Program-made: the position numbers and the translations under genes
Shown: positions 24,255 through 36,845 of the stretch, in pieces
How the letters are laid out: every line of letters begins with the position of its first letter
Position numbering within the stretch: position 1 is the first letter of the stretch
The notes under the pieces: model-generated
Database searches by the model: none
The model's input: only the letters and a program-made list of their open reading frames with translations
Told to the model about the DNA's origin: nothing
Origin: Mobula hypostoma
Lineage: Eukaryota
Direction of reading: 5' to 3'
DNA length: 64,000 bases
Assembly (NCBI RefSeq): GCF_963921235.1
Contig: NC_086097.1
Location: 22,570,001 to 22,634,000, forward strand

Positions 24255-24735
24255 CTGGCATTGGAGAGGGTCCAGAGGGGTTCACGTGAATGATCTCAGG
24301 AATGAAACGGTTAACATAGCCCCAGAGTTATTGAGCCTCATACTTGCTGGTGTTTAGAAGAATGGGGGAGGGGGATTGGATCTCATTGAAACCTGTTGAA
24401 TATTGAAAAGCCCAGATAGAGTGGATGTAGAGAGGATGTTTCCAATAGTGGGGAAGTCAAGTGCCAGGAGGCGCAACCTCGGAATATAAGGAGGTCCCTT
24501 TAGAACAGGGATGAGGAGGAATTTCTTTGCCACAGATGTGTGTGGCGACCAAGTCATTGGATATATTTAAAGTGGAAGTTGATAGATTCTTCATTAATAA
24601 GTGTGTCAAAAGTTACGGGGAGAAGGCAGGAGAATGGGGTTGAGAGAGATAATAAATCAGCCATGATGGAACGGCGGAGCAGATTCAATGGGTCAAATAG
24701 CATTACTCTGCTCTTATGCCTTATGGTCTTATGGT
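24255..24735 (+). mobile_element. CR1 LINE 3' fragment
   Basis: gcattggagagggtccagagg... to tail ttatgccttatggtcttatgg. Confidence 0.88.
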
Positions 24736-24804
24736 GGACTGGTGGGCTGCTTCCAGGGTTGTCACATGGAGCTAACTAAGTGTGTTTAGGGCATCGATGA
24801 TGGA

Positions 24805-25035
24805 TTTTATGTATTTATTGAGGTAGAGTGTGCAATAAGCCCTTCCAGCCCTTTAAGCTGTACCACCCAGTAACCGCCAATATATTTCTAGCCTAATTAT
24901 GGGATCATTTACTATGACCAATTAACCTACCAACCAGTAGGTCTTTGGACTGTGTGAGCAAACTGGAGTGCCCAGAAGCAAACCACGTGGTCATGGGGAG
25001 AACATACAAACTCCCTACAGGACAGCGGTGGGAAT
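24805..25035 (-). mobile_element. V-SINE
   Basis: gtctttggactgtgtgagcaaactggagtgcccagaagcaaaccacg. Confidence 0.75.
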
Positions 25036-25679
25036 ATGTTAGCCTGGAGGAGGATGCTGGTGGTGGTTTGTTTATCCTGCCTTTGGATTTGTGGGATTTT
25101 CTTTCATTAAATTGGTGTTTATCAATGATGTCTGCCCCTATTAAGAGATGGAGTTAACTTGAGAAATGCATGGAGTAGCATCAGCTGAACTACATGGCTT
25201 TCTTTGATCTTCAGCATGTCTACACTGATGGTCAAGTTTATGGTAGATTCAAAGTGGAGGTTGCTAGGTTCTTGGTTAGTACGTGTGGGAGCAGGCAGGA
25301 GAATAAGGTTTAGGGTGAAAATAAATCAGCCAGGACAAAATGGTGCAGTACGCTTGATGGTGCTGCTCTTGTCTCTTGGTTTTATGGATTGAATCTGAGT
25401 GCAGACTGATGTCAAGTCAAACTGTGCCATTGCTCCATTGATTTTCTCAATTTTTCTTGCTGCTCTGTTGCACCTGATTTCTACAAAGCTTCCCATTGAA
25501 CTGGAATGTTTTTACCGGATATAGGGACAACAGCAAAATATGCTGGAAAAACTTGACAAGTCAGGTAGAGCCTGTGGAAGAGAAACCAAGTTACTCTTTT
25601 AGTTTGGATAAACAAATGATAAACTGTTCGAACTGCATGAACTCATCTCCAGAGCCAACTTCCACAGTTTCAGTCACTG

Positions 25680-28600
25680 AACTGCAGTAAATGGGTGAGC
25701 TGCAGCACCTCAGAGGACATATTAAGGGACTGGAACTGCAGCTTGAGGACTGCAGTGGTGATTGGAGATTCCAAGGTCAGAGGAACAGAGGTGAGATTCT
25801 GTGGGCGCAATAGAGACACCTAGATGGTATGTTGCCTCCCAGGTCCCAAGGTCAGTGTTGTCTCTGATCAGGTCCACAGCTTTTTAGAGGGGGAGGGGGA
25901 AGCAGTCTCAAATTTTGGTACTGTTACGTACCCCGTAACTGGGTTGCCAAACCAGCAGAAATGGACCACTTAGTTGGAGTCTGGATTACTGGAACTAAGA
26001 AAGTTTTATTAAAGAAATAAGTAACACAGTACTCTAAACGTAAGGATATAAATGCAACGGGTTAGCAATGATAAAACACACATGTATGCAGAACTAGGAT
26101 AATCGGATCAATCAAGCTCTATCACAGTCTAGGGGTAAAATGATCAATCTCAAGTGACACAGTTCAGTTCAGTTCAGTTCGCAATAATCGCTGTTGTGCT
26201 GTTGGGGAGAGAGAAAGCGAATGCTGATATTCAAATCGGATTCAACAGACCTTTGATATTCCTCGCAGTTAGCTTTCGGGTGAGCCCTTTGTATGTCTTC
26301 TGAGGTCACCGACTGTGACCCCTCCATTCCAGATACAATCGTTCTTCTGCGGTGAACCCGGCACCCAGGCAAGGATGGACACACACACCAGGTTCCCACC
26401 GATCGTACCTTCTCACCCTGTGCGTCTATGGTTCGTCCCGCGAACAGACCTCCAAAACTTCCACCAACTTGTGGGGGCACACCGCTTTTCCAGGGTCTCG
26501 TTATCTCGTGGTGTCGTGGTGGGTTTGCTTGCCTTAGCGAACCTGCTCCTTTTATCCCCCTGCTGGGATATCACCTGTCCATCAAACTTCAAACAGTTCA
26601 GGTTCAAAGCAACCGGTCTAAACAATACTCGGAACTGTATCTCTTTTCGGTAATCTCTCTTGTCTCTCTCTGATTAGCATTTTGAATGTTTCCCCCATTT
26701 GACTGTCTCTTACCTCTCTTATCAGCACTAATCTTCTGATAACTTGGTATTTTGTCACAGTAGGTATTGGCAGCAATGACAACAGTAGAAAAGATGAGGA
26801 GGTCCTGAAGAGAGATTTTAGGGAGCTAGGTAAAAAGCTGAAAATCAGGGCCTCCAGGACAGAAATCTCTGGATTGCTTACTATGCCATGTGCTAGTTAA
26901 GAGGAAAATATGATGATTTGGCCGATGAATGCTTGGCTGAGGAACTGGTGCTTGGGGCAGGGTTTCAGATTTATGGATAATTGAGATCTCTTCTGGGAAG
27001 TTTTGACCTGTACAAAAGGGACAGGTTACACTTAAACCTGAGGGGAACCAATATCCTTGCCTGCAGGTTTGCTAGAGTTGTTTGGGAGGGTTTAAACTAA
27101 TTCGGCAGGGTGCAGTGAGACTGCTATCAAGGAGAGGTCAAAATTGCTTCTCATCCTGTTGACTCCAATGCAAAAGGCAGCCAAAATCGTAAAGGATAAC
27201 TACAGGATTGAATCTTTTTATATCAGAATATGTGCAGTATATGGAATAAGGTAGATGAGCTTGTAGCCCAGTTACAGATTGGCATGTATGATGTTGTGGG
27301 CAGCATCACTGAACCATGGCTGAAAGAAGATTATGGCTGGGAGCTTAAAGTCCAAGGATACACATTGTATCAAGGGACAGGTGGGTAAGCAAGAGGGGGT
27401 TGCCTGGCTCTCTAGGTAAAAAATGAAATCAAATCATTAGAAAAAAGTAAATTGTTGTGGGTAGAGCTAAAGAACTGCAAAGGTGAAAAAACCCTATTGG
27501 GAGTTATAAGCAGGCTGTCAAACTGTATTAAAGATATGGTCTACAAAATACAATGGGAGATAGAAAATGCATGTCAAAAGGGCAATGTTATTATAATCAT
27601 GGGGGACTTCAACATACAGGTAGATTGGGAAAATCAGGTTGGTGCTGAATTCCAAGAGGGAGAATCTCTAGAATGCCTACAAGATGGCTTTTTGGAGCAG
27701 CTTGTGGTTGAGCCCACGAGGGATCAGCTGTTCTGCATTGGGTCTTGTGCAATGAACTGCAATTAATTAGAGAGACTAGGGTAAAAGAACCCTTAGAGGC
27801 TTGTGATCGTAATATGACAGAACTCACTCTGCAATTTGAGATAGAGAAGCTAAAGTCAGATGTAACGGTATTATAGTGGAGTAAAGGGAATTACAGAAGC
27901 ATGAAAAAGGAGCTGGCCAATGTTGATTTGAAAAGTACACTGGCAGGATGACGGCAGAGCAGCAATGGCTGGAATTTCTGGAAGCAACTTGGAAGTCAAA
28001 GGATATACACATCCCAAAGAGGAAGAAATATTCTAAGGGCAGGATGATATAACTGTGGCTAACAAGAGAAGTCAAAGCCAAAGAGAGGCTATAGATCAAA
28101 AATTAGTGGGAAGTTAGAGGATTGGGAAGCTTTTAAAAGCCATCAGAAGGCAACTAAAAAAGTCATGAAGGAAAAGTCATGGAATGCGAAGGTAAGCTAG
28201 CTAATATTATGAAAAAGGATAACAAAAGTTTCTGCAGATATATGAAATGTAAAAGAGAGGCGAGAGTAGATATTGGTCCAATGGAAAATTAAGCTGGAGA
28301 AGTAGTTATGAAGGACAAGGAAATGGCAGAGGACTTGAATAAGTAATTTGCATTAGTCTTCACTGTGGAAGTTCAGCTGTGTCAGGGGACAGGAGTGTGT
28401 GAAGTTGACACTACTAGGGAGAAGGTGCTTGGGAAATTGAAAGATCTGAAGGCAGGTAAGTCATGTGGACCAGATGCTATACACTCCAGCATCCTAAAAG
28501 AGGTAGCTGAAGAAATTGTGGTGGGATTAGCAATGATCTTTCAAGCATCAATTGATTCTGTTATGGTTCAGGAGGAATGGAATATTGCAAATCTCACTCC

Positions 28601-29868
28601 ACACTTCAAGAAGGAGAGAGACAGAAGAAAGGAAATTATAGGCCAGTTAGTCTGACCTCACTGGTTGAGAAAATGTTGGAGTTGCTCATCAAGGATGTGA
28701 TTTTGAGGTACTTGGAGTTTTGTACTTGGATTTTCAGAAGTCTTTGACAAGGTACCACACATGAGGCTACTTAACAAGTTAAGAGCTCATGGTATTTCAG
28801 GAAAGATACTAGCATGGATAGAATATTGACTGATTGTCAGGAGGTAAAGAGTGGAAATAAAGGGAGCCTTTTCTGGTTGGCTGCTGGTGATTCATGGTGT
28901 TCTGCAAGGATCTGTGTTGGGAACAATTCTTTTTACATTACATGTCAATGATTTGGGTGACGGAATTGATGACTTTGTGGCCAAGGTTGCGGATGATACC
29001 TAGATGGAGGGGCAGGTAGTTTTGATGAAGTAGAGAGGCTTTGGAAAGACTTAGACAGATTAGGAGAATGGGCAAAGTGACAGATGGAATACAGTATCAG
29101 GAAGTATATGGTTATGCACTTTGGCAGAAGAAATAAAAGTTTAGACTATTTTCTAAATGGAGAGAAAATGCAAAAAAAATTGAGTTGCAAAGGGACTTGC
29201 AAGTCATTGTGCAAGGTTCCCTAAAGGTTAATTTGCAGGTTGAGTCGGGGGTGAGTAAAGCAAATGTGAGGTTAGCAGACATTTCGAGAGGACTAGAATA
29301 TAAAAGCAAGGGTTTCATGTTGAGGCTTTATAAGGCACTGGTAAGGCCTGACTTGGAGTATTATGAGCCCCTCATTGGAGTTTTGGGCCCCTTATTATAG
29401 AAAGGATGTACTTGACATTGGAGAAGATTCAAAGAAGTTTCATGAAAATGACTGGGATTGAAAGGCCTGTTATATGCGGAGCTTTTGATGACTCTGGGCC
29501 TCTGTACACTGGAATTCAGAAGGGTGATGGATGACCTCATTGAAACCTATCGAACGTTGAAAAGCCATGATAGAGTGGATGTGAAGAGGATATTTCCTAT
29601 GGTGGGTTGTCAAAGACCAGAGGACACAGCCTCAGAATAGAGGGGTGTTCTTCTTGAATGGAGATGAGGAGGAATTTCTTTAGCCAGAAAGTGGTGAATC
29701 TGTGGAGGCCAAGTCATTGGGTATATTTCAGACAGAGATTGATAGATCCCTGATTAGTCAGAGCATGAAGGGATACGGGGAAAAGGCAGGAGATTGGGGC
29801 TGAGAGGGAAAATGGATCAGCTTTGATGAAGTGGCCTAATTCTGCTCCTATATCTTAGAGTCTTACAG
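25680..29868 (+). mobile_element. Near-full-length decayed CR1 LINE (ORF1 with SGNH esterase, ORF2 endonuclease and RT)
   Basis: ORF1 VVIGDS motif near 25755; endonuclease IMGDFN (ORF 27452-27766); RT-region LKEVAEEIV...WNIANLTP, DFQK-x-FDKVPH, QGSVLG, ADDT; CR1 3' UTR; many stops and deletions. Confidence 0.92.
25922..26759 (-). mobile_element. Solo LTR (838 bp, Gypsy-like) inserted in CR1 ORF1
   Basis: Ends tgttac...gtcaca, flanks gtac/gtag, minus-strand AATAAA near 26005, CpG-rich; CR1 continues on both sides. Confidence 0.8.
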
Positions 29869-29934
29869 TATTATGCACGTTTGTATATACGTGTGCTTGG
29901 AGCCTAACTCATTCACTGAACCTATGAGAGAATG

Positions 29935-30110
29935 GGCCTTCTCCCTCCCCTGATCTTACCAATCACCAGCCAGCATGTATTCCCTTCCCCCTCCCTCTAC
30001 TATCTTCTTCTGGCGTCTGCCCCTTTCCTTTCCAGTCCTGATGAAGGGTCTCAGCCCGAAACATCGACTTTCATTTTCCTCCATAGATGCTGCCTGACTT
30101 CCTCCAGCAA
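29935..30110 (+). mobile_element. Penelope-derived short element
   Basis: ccctttcctttccagtcctgatgaagggtctcagcccgaaacatcgact...catagatgctgcctgac. Confidence 0.85.
30034..30069 (+). ncRNA. Minimal type I hammerhead ribozyme motif
   Basis: agtc-CTGATGA-aggg tctcag ccc-GAAA-ca-TC-gact: 4-bp stem I, core boxes intact. Confidence 0.6.
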
Positions 30111-30559
30111 ATCTCCTTTACCAAACTGCATCCACTATACGGCACTAACAAATAAATGAATCTCGGGTAGTATATGGTGACATATACATACTTTGGTTAT
30201 ACGTTTACTTCAACTTTGACCACCCTGACAATAAAGATCGATGACCCTGGAAAATAAGGATCACTTTCCATATCTTGGCAGCCACCATTTGACAAAAGTA
30301 GACATTGATGTTGAGCTTCGGGCAGATTCCAGATTCTGAAAACTGAACAAAAATTGCTGGTGTTACTTTTGCATTGCAGGACTCTGAAGAAAATGCTCAC
30401 CTGTGCAATTTTATTTGACACCTTTCCCGCACACAAGACACTGTGCTGAGTGCACTAATTAAAAATATAAATTGCTGAAACAGTACTTATGATTTGAAAT
30501 AGATTGCCACCTTCTGGAAAAGATGTTTTAACCCCAAGCACTTTCCTGTTGGGCTCAAA

Positions 30560-30750
30560 AAGATAAGAGATTCTGCAGATGCTGGAAATCCAGAGCAACA
30601 TACACAGATTTCTGGAGGAACTCAGCAGCACAGTGAATAATGAGGAATAATAGTGATAAGGGATCTTGGCTGGAACCCTCAACTGTTTATTCCTCTCCAT
30701 AGATGCTGCCTGACCTGCTGAGTTCCTCCGGTATTTTGTGTGTGTTGCTC
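30560..30750. mobile_element. Penelope-derived element, inverted arrangement
   Basis: agagattctgcagatgctgg...ggaactcagcag and the opposite arm ctgctgagttcctccggtattttgtgtgtgttgctc. Confidence 0.8.
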
Positions 30751-31644
30751 TATTTGGACTTGAGTTGCAGTCGCAGGTTGCCCATTCGTCGAGGATGGGA
30801 AACTACCAATTACATTGATAATAACCTTAAAGAAGTCATTCATCAATATAATAAACTTGAAATACGGAGCAACATTTTAAGGCTTCTTAAAAATAAAAGA
30901 TTCAATTTTTTTTCAACCAACTGGTTAGATTGTATTATTTTAAAAAATGATGGATTATTTGTCAAATTGCTTGCAATTGTCCTTTAGACCTTCAGTAATT
31001 ATTGGCTCATTTCTTGGTTATTGTGTTTTACATCAATGCGCTGCTTTTGACATTTGTGGTTAGTTCTTAATTAAAAAAAAATATGTTTGCTAGAATCCCA
31101 GCTGTTTGCAGAAGCAGTCTATAAATTCTTTAATCAGTGAAATACACAGATGGGTATTCTGGTGCTGCTTACTGCTGACACAAATACAGAGTAAATAGTT
31201 ACGAAAATGTTAGTGGCTAATGTAGTGCTGAACTGTGTATTCTTACCCACTGCTGACATGGTCCAGGGGCAGACAATAGGAAAGCAAGGATATGTTTGGC
31301 TGATTGATAAAACATTTCATTTGTTATGGGAGCACAATTGTGGCAGAATCACGGTATAGTAGATTAAACACTTAAAACTGGTGGTTAATACACAAATGAG
31401 CGCTGGGTGAAGACCTCTTGCCTGTTTTGTGTGAAGTAAGATTACTTTATTGTCATATACTCCAGTGTGCGATGAATATCCTTGTTTGTATGAAGCTCCC
31501 TGCGTAAACTGTATACACTGTCGTAATAATTACAGCAATCGTTATAGTGCTGAGTTCAAGACAATAGAATGGTGGAAAGATTGTAGTGCAACCTGGGGTA
31601 ATGGAAAAAATGCTAAAGTGACAAAAGTGGAATAGATTAGATTA

Positions 31645-31990
31645 GCAGACATGAGGAAATCTGCAGATGTTGGAAATTCAAGCAACACACACAAAAAATG
31701 CCGTTGAACGCAGCAGGCCAGGCAGCATCTATAGGAAGAGGTACAGTCAACATTTCGGGCCGGGACCCTTCGTCAGGACTGAAAGAAGATATAGCAAGAG
31801 ATTTGAAAGTGGAAGGGGGAGATCCGAAATGATAGGAGAATTCAGGAGGGGAGTGGTGGATCTAAGAGCTGGAAAGTTGATACTAGGCTGGAGAAGGGAG
31901 AGGATCATGGGACGGGAAGCCTGGGGAGAAAGAGAAGGGGGGAGGGGAGCCCGAAGGGTGGAGAGCAGGCGAGGAGTTATAGTGAGATTC
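31645..31990 (-). mobile_element. Penelope-derived element, younger subfamily
   Basis: Close match to 44700-45002 and 42966-43157. Confidence 0.88.
31744..31781 (-). ncRNA. Minimal type I hammerhead ribozyme motif
   Basis: Minus strand cagtc-CTGACGA-aggg tcccgg ccc-GAAA-tg-TT-gactg: perfect 5-bp stem I. Confidence 0.65.
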
Positions 31991-32469
31991 GATTAGATAA
32001 GTTTTATTTGTCACAAGTGCCTAAAAACATACAGTGAAATGCATCATTTGCATCAACAGCCAAAATAGTCGGAGGATGTGCTGGGCAGCCCCTGAGTATC
32101 ACCATGTTTCCGGTGCCAATGTAGCATGCCTACAACTTACCACCCTAACCCAAGAGAGGTAGAATGAATAGTCCAAGAAAGTAGCAGCACCAGCAAGTAA
32201 GGGACATAAAAGACATGACTGGTTGAGAAGTCTGATAGAAGTGAGGAAGCAGCTCTTCTGAAGTCTGGCTATCTGGGATTTCAGGCATGCATCTTCTGCC
32301 AGAAGGGAGAGAAGAGAAAAAAGGGAGTGATCAGCATGGAAAGTATCCTCGAAAATACTACTAGCCTTCCTGAGGCAACACAATGAGACGATAGACTAGA
32401 TGGGAGGCATTAATGAGCTCACAGTGATACACATTGAACAGGTTTTGCATTCGGAAACTTGTATTAAAG

Positions 32470-32553
32470 CAGCGTTTCCCAACTTGGTGTCCACAGACCC
32501 CCTTGCTTAATCGTTTTGGTCTATGCCATTTAAAAAAAAGTTGGGAACCCCTG
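32470..32553. mobile_element. Small hAT-type MITE
   Basis: TIRs cagcgtttcccaac/gttgggaacccctg; 8-bp TSD tattaaag/cattaaag. Confidence 0.8.
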
Positions 32554-32769
32554 CATTAAAGCCTCTCTTTCTTTAGCTTCTACTGTTGTAAAGAGAAAGG
32601 CCTGCTGGAAATCTGACTTGAGTAGTGGATGAGAAGTTGAGAGAGGATAGAACAAGGAGAGGTTATGACAAAGGAGAAGGAAGATCACAGGGAAGATAGC
32701 TGGTTTGTTTAATTAGAGTAAGTGAGTCCTATGCTTTTATGTTTCACCTGTTGTCTTTAACCATGGACT

Positions 32770-33065
32770 TTTTACTCTCCTCCCATCCGGTAGGCGCTAC
32801 AGGAGCCTCCGCTCCCACACCAGCAGGCACAGGAAGAGCTTCTTCCCTGAGGCTGTGACACTGCTGAACCTCACATCACAGCGCTAAGCAGTATTGCATC
32901 CGTATTGTACTGTCTCAGTACTTTTATATTTGTGTGCTGTAGCACTTTTTTATTTGCAGTTATTTTGTAAATAACACTATTCTTTGCATTTCTGGTCAGC
33001 ATTTCATTGGCTTTGTATCTGTACTCAGCACAATGACAATAAAGTTGAATCTAATCTAATCTAAT
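32770..33065 (+). mobile_element. Rex1/Babar 3' end
   Basis: LLPSGRRYRSLRSHTSRHRKSFFPEAVTLLN; tail aataaagttgaatctaatctaatcta. Confidence 0.85.
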
Positions 33066-33894
33066 GCTTTATTTAATTAATTCATTGATAGAAACATGTT
33101 TTGCGTGCCATGGACGAAGTAGTAGAAGTTTTGGACAGTTTGAAAGTGGGCCAATGTAGATGGCTTTGCCAGACATCAGATTTTCTCAGCTTTTTTTTGT
33201 TGTTTCATCCAACTGAGTACAGAATCTTGTCATTTTCGATCAGAATGGCTCTGGGTGGGAAGTTGACACACAGGAGGACCAAGAAAAGGTAAATCAAATG
33301 TTTGAGGAAATGTTTTAGGAACAGCTTCTTCCCCTCTGCCATTGGATTTCTGAATTGACAATGAACACCATCTCACTTATTGCAGTACTGAATTTTTTTT
33401 CTTATTGTAACTTACAACAAACCTCACGACATGAACATGGACATTTAAGAGGACAAAGGGGTTTGAAAACTACAGCTGGTTGATGTAAACTCAATTGCAA
33501 TAAATTCTATCAAAACAATCATTTTAAATGATAAATAAGAGAAAATCTGCGAATGCTGGAAATCCAAGCAACACACACAAAACGCCAGAGGAGCTCAGCA
33601 TCTATGGAAAAGAGTACAGTCGATGTTTTGGGCCGTGACCCTTCAGCAGGTTTGATGATAATCAGAAATAGAAATGTGACTTCAATAGTTAAAATCCACT
33701 TATGCTTAGGGAAAATATTTGCTTATATCCTTTTCCTGCTCATCAAATCAGATGTATAACAATGTTCAGAACAGGAGTTATAATAGTTTTATTTTAAAGT
33801 GATTGGAAGAAAGTATGGGGGGGTGGTGGTGTCAGAATTACATTTTTTTGTGTGGAACACCGTGCCTGGGGTGGTGATAGAGGCAGAGGCAGAA

Positions 33895-34243
33895 TCAGAA
33901 TCAGGTTTATTATCACCAGCATGTGACGTGAAATTTGTTAACTTAGCAGCAGCAGTTCAATGCAATACGTAATCTAACAGAGAGAGAAAAAAAAAATAAA
34001 ATAAAACATAATAATAAACAAGTAAATCAATTAAATAGATTGAATTGATTAGTAAAAAAGTGCAAAAACAGAAATACTGTTTATTAAAAAAAAGTGAGGT
34101 AGTGTCCAAAGCTTCAATGTCCATTTAGGAAACGGATGGCAGAGGGGAAGAAGCTGTTCCTGAATCGCTGAGTGTGTGCCTTCAGGCTTCTGTATCTCCT
34201 ACCTGATGGTAACAGTGAGAAAAGGGCATGCCCTGGGTGCTGC
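33895..34243 (-). mobile_element. Rex1/Babar 3' end inserted in a CR1 fragment
   Basis: agaatcagaatcaggtttatt tail; gaagaagctgttcctgaatcgc; flanking CR1 at about 33800-33890 and 34245-34310. Confidence 0.82.
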
Positions 34244-34334
34244 CATTTAAGGTTGTCGCATGGATGATAAAAAAATGGAGGGCATTGTGGGAGGGAAGGG
34301 TTAGATCAAGTTTCAGGTGTAAGTTTAATTGTCA

Positions 34335-34516
34335 ACACAAAATAATCTGCAGATGCTGGGGTCAAAGCAACACTCACAACACACTGGAGGAACTCAACAG
34401 GTCGGGCAGCATCCGTGGAAAAGATCGGTTGACATTTCGGGCCGGAACAGTCCTGATGAAGGGTTCCGGCCCGAAACGTCGACCAATCTTTTCCACGGAT
34501 GCTGCCCGACCTGCTG
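34335..34516. mobile_element. Penelope-derived palindromic mini element
   Basis: 13-bp TSD agtttaattgtca (34322-34334 and 34517-34529); about 58-bp imperfect inverted arms around a hammerhead. Confidence 0.9.
34450..34483 (+). ncRNA. Minimal type I hammerhead ribozyme motif
   Basis: gtc-CTGATGA-aggg ttccgg ccc-GAAA-cg-TC-gac with palindromic ACGT in place of stem III. Confidence 0.7.
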
Positions 34517-35519
34517 AGTTTAATTGTCATTTAGCTATACATGAATACCCATGAATACAACCAAACAAAACAGTGTTACTCCGGGGGCCAAGGTGCATAA
34601 CACAGTACCGACAGTCACACACAGCACAAAGCACACATAGCACATATAACATGGTAAGTGCATGTAAGGCAGCGAGTACATATAAGATATCAGTAAAACA
34701 CAGTCACAGAAGGAAATCTAGTCCAAGACCTTGACCCACAAATGCGCTGCGGCAGCCTGCAGTCGAACGCATCATGGCTTATCTTCTGCCAAGTGAACAG
34801 TGAGAGGCAGTGACACCGGCTTGGAGGCTGCGCCCTACTGCCCCCAGCACTCCGGTGGAGCACACCGACTCCAACGCCTCTCTCCTGGGCGGCTGTAAAC
34901 AGGCAACACCGTGCTTTGAGGCGTAACCCTCGCTACGAGTGAGGCCACGCACCTCCCCTGCCGTTTCCCAATAAATCAGTTAATCGAATGCAGCTTAGCT
35001 CTGAGTGTAGGTTAAAAAGTCAGCAAAACATAATGGACAGTCTGTACTGTTTTGTAAGGTTCTATGTTAACATACGGCAAGGTGAGATGGACTCTTGTTA
35101 GGGGTTGTCATTGCTGACCCTTTTGGGGTGAGAATGTTAATTATCAGTCCATGTCAGAATGTCCTTCAGAAGTGTTTTAATGGCTCAGTACTGAACATTT
35201 TCCAATCCTTGACTATATATTATTGAAGTGAATGCAGTCTGGTAGCTCTGGGTGAAATTTAACGTTGTTGTTCCATTGGGGATGTTAAAGAGACTCTTCG
35301 ATATGTACATAATAAAAGGAAAGTGGTGGTCTAAGTGGATGGGATGGGTTAGATTGATCTTACTGTAGGTTAAGAGGACAGCACAACAATGTGGGCCAAA
35401 GGGCCTGTACTGTTTTATGTTCTTTATGTCAGTGATGGTAATTCTGATTCTGTTTCCACATGTTGCAGCGGAGAGATTCACTGCTGAAAGAAATTTGTGA
35501 CCCATTACTTTAAAGGTAG

Positions 35520-35755
35520 CCAGAGAGTGGTGAATCTGTGCAATTCATTGCCACGGTTAGCTGTGAAGCCAAGTCATTAGGTATATTTAAGACAGAGGTT
35601 GATAGATTCTTGATTAGTCAGGGCATGAAGGGATAGTGGAGAAGACAAGAGATCGGGGCTGAGAGGGAAAATGGATCAGCCGTGATGGAATGGCAGAACA
35701 GACTCGATGGGCCAAATGGCCCGTTTCTGCTCCTATATCTTATAGTCTGATGGTT
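35520..35755 (+). mobile_element. CR1 3' end
   Basis: cagagagtggtgaatctgtg...tctgctcctatatcttatagtct. Confidence 0.85.
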
Positions 35756-36214
35756 TAAGGTAAGGTGTAGGAAAGTAGCTTACAGATAAATGAGAACTCC
35801 ATAATGTGAGTAAACAGTTTGTGCCAGAAAGGAAATAAATTAGATTGGGTTTGAATAACTGTTCTCCCTTCTGCACTGGGCAGAGATCCCAGCAAACCAG
35901 AGATAAGGTAATTTAACCTTTTTAGTGAGCAATATAAAAATTCGACTGCAAATGAAACCAAATCTGGAGTTCAGCATAGGCCTACATGAGCTTTTATAAT
36001 TTATAAACTACCTCTGAGCCTGAAGTAGCACAAATTGATCTGAAATTCAAGGATAGCCCTCTGTCAAATATACTCTCGGAGGTTCTGTCCAAACAAAAGA
36101 GGTAGGATCGCAATACGATTAGACATAGAAACAGAACTAGGTCATTTGGTCCATTGAGTCTGTTCTGCCACTTCAACCGCAATTATTATCCCTGTCAACA
36201 CCATTCGAGGTAAA

Positions 36215-36845
36215 TAAAAGTAAAGTAAAAGTAAATTTATTTATCAAAATTCATATATGTCACCGTATACTACTCTAAGATTCATTTTCTTGCAGGCATT
36301 CAGAGTAGATCCAAAGAAAGACAAAAGAATCAATGAAAAACTACACACGCAAACAATGGACAAACAACCAATGTACAAAAGAAGATAATTCTGCAAATAC
36401 AGGAAAAAAAACAAATAATAAATACACGAATAAATAAATAAATAATATTGAGAACTTGAACGAATAAATAAATAATATTGAGAACTTGAGTTATATTCCT
36501 TGAAAGTGAGGCCGTAGGTTGTCGAATCAGTTCAGTGTTGAGGTAGCTGTCCATGCTGGTTCAGGAGCCTGATTGTTGTACGTGGTGGTGTGGGACGTAA
36601 GGCTCCTGTACCTCCTGCTCGATGGCAGCAGCAGGAAGAGTAGATGGCCTGGATATTGCGGGTCCATGATGGTGGATGCTGCTTTCTTGTGTCAGCACTC
36701 CTTGTAGACGTGCTCAATAATGGGCCATACATGCTCAGTAATGGGTTAATTCTTGTAAAGGACTGGGCCGTATTGTACTGGTGTTTGCATACCAGGCCAT
36801 GACATAACAAGTCAGGGCACTCCACACTGTGCATGTATAGAAATT
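36215..36845 (-). mobile_element. Rex1/Babar 3' fragment
   Basis: ggttcaggagcctgat...gctcctgtacctcctgc...gatggtggatgctgctttc; (AAAGT)n tail; short tandem duplication near 36427-36489. Confidence 0.78.

Noticed and set aside
26169..26673. Cluster of overlapping ORFs and CpG-island-like composition
   Set aside because: Lies inside the solo LTR; ORFs on both strands with no recognisable domain
31450..31635. Cys-rich 61-aa ORF
   Set aside because: Non-ATG start, no convincing splice sites, no recognisable domain spacing
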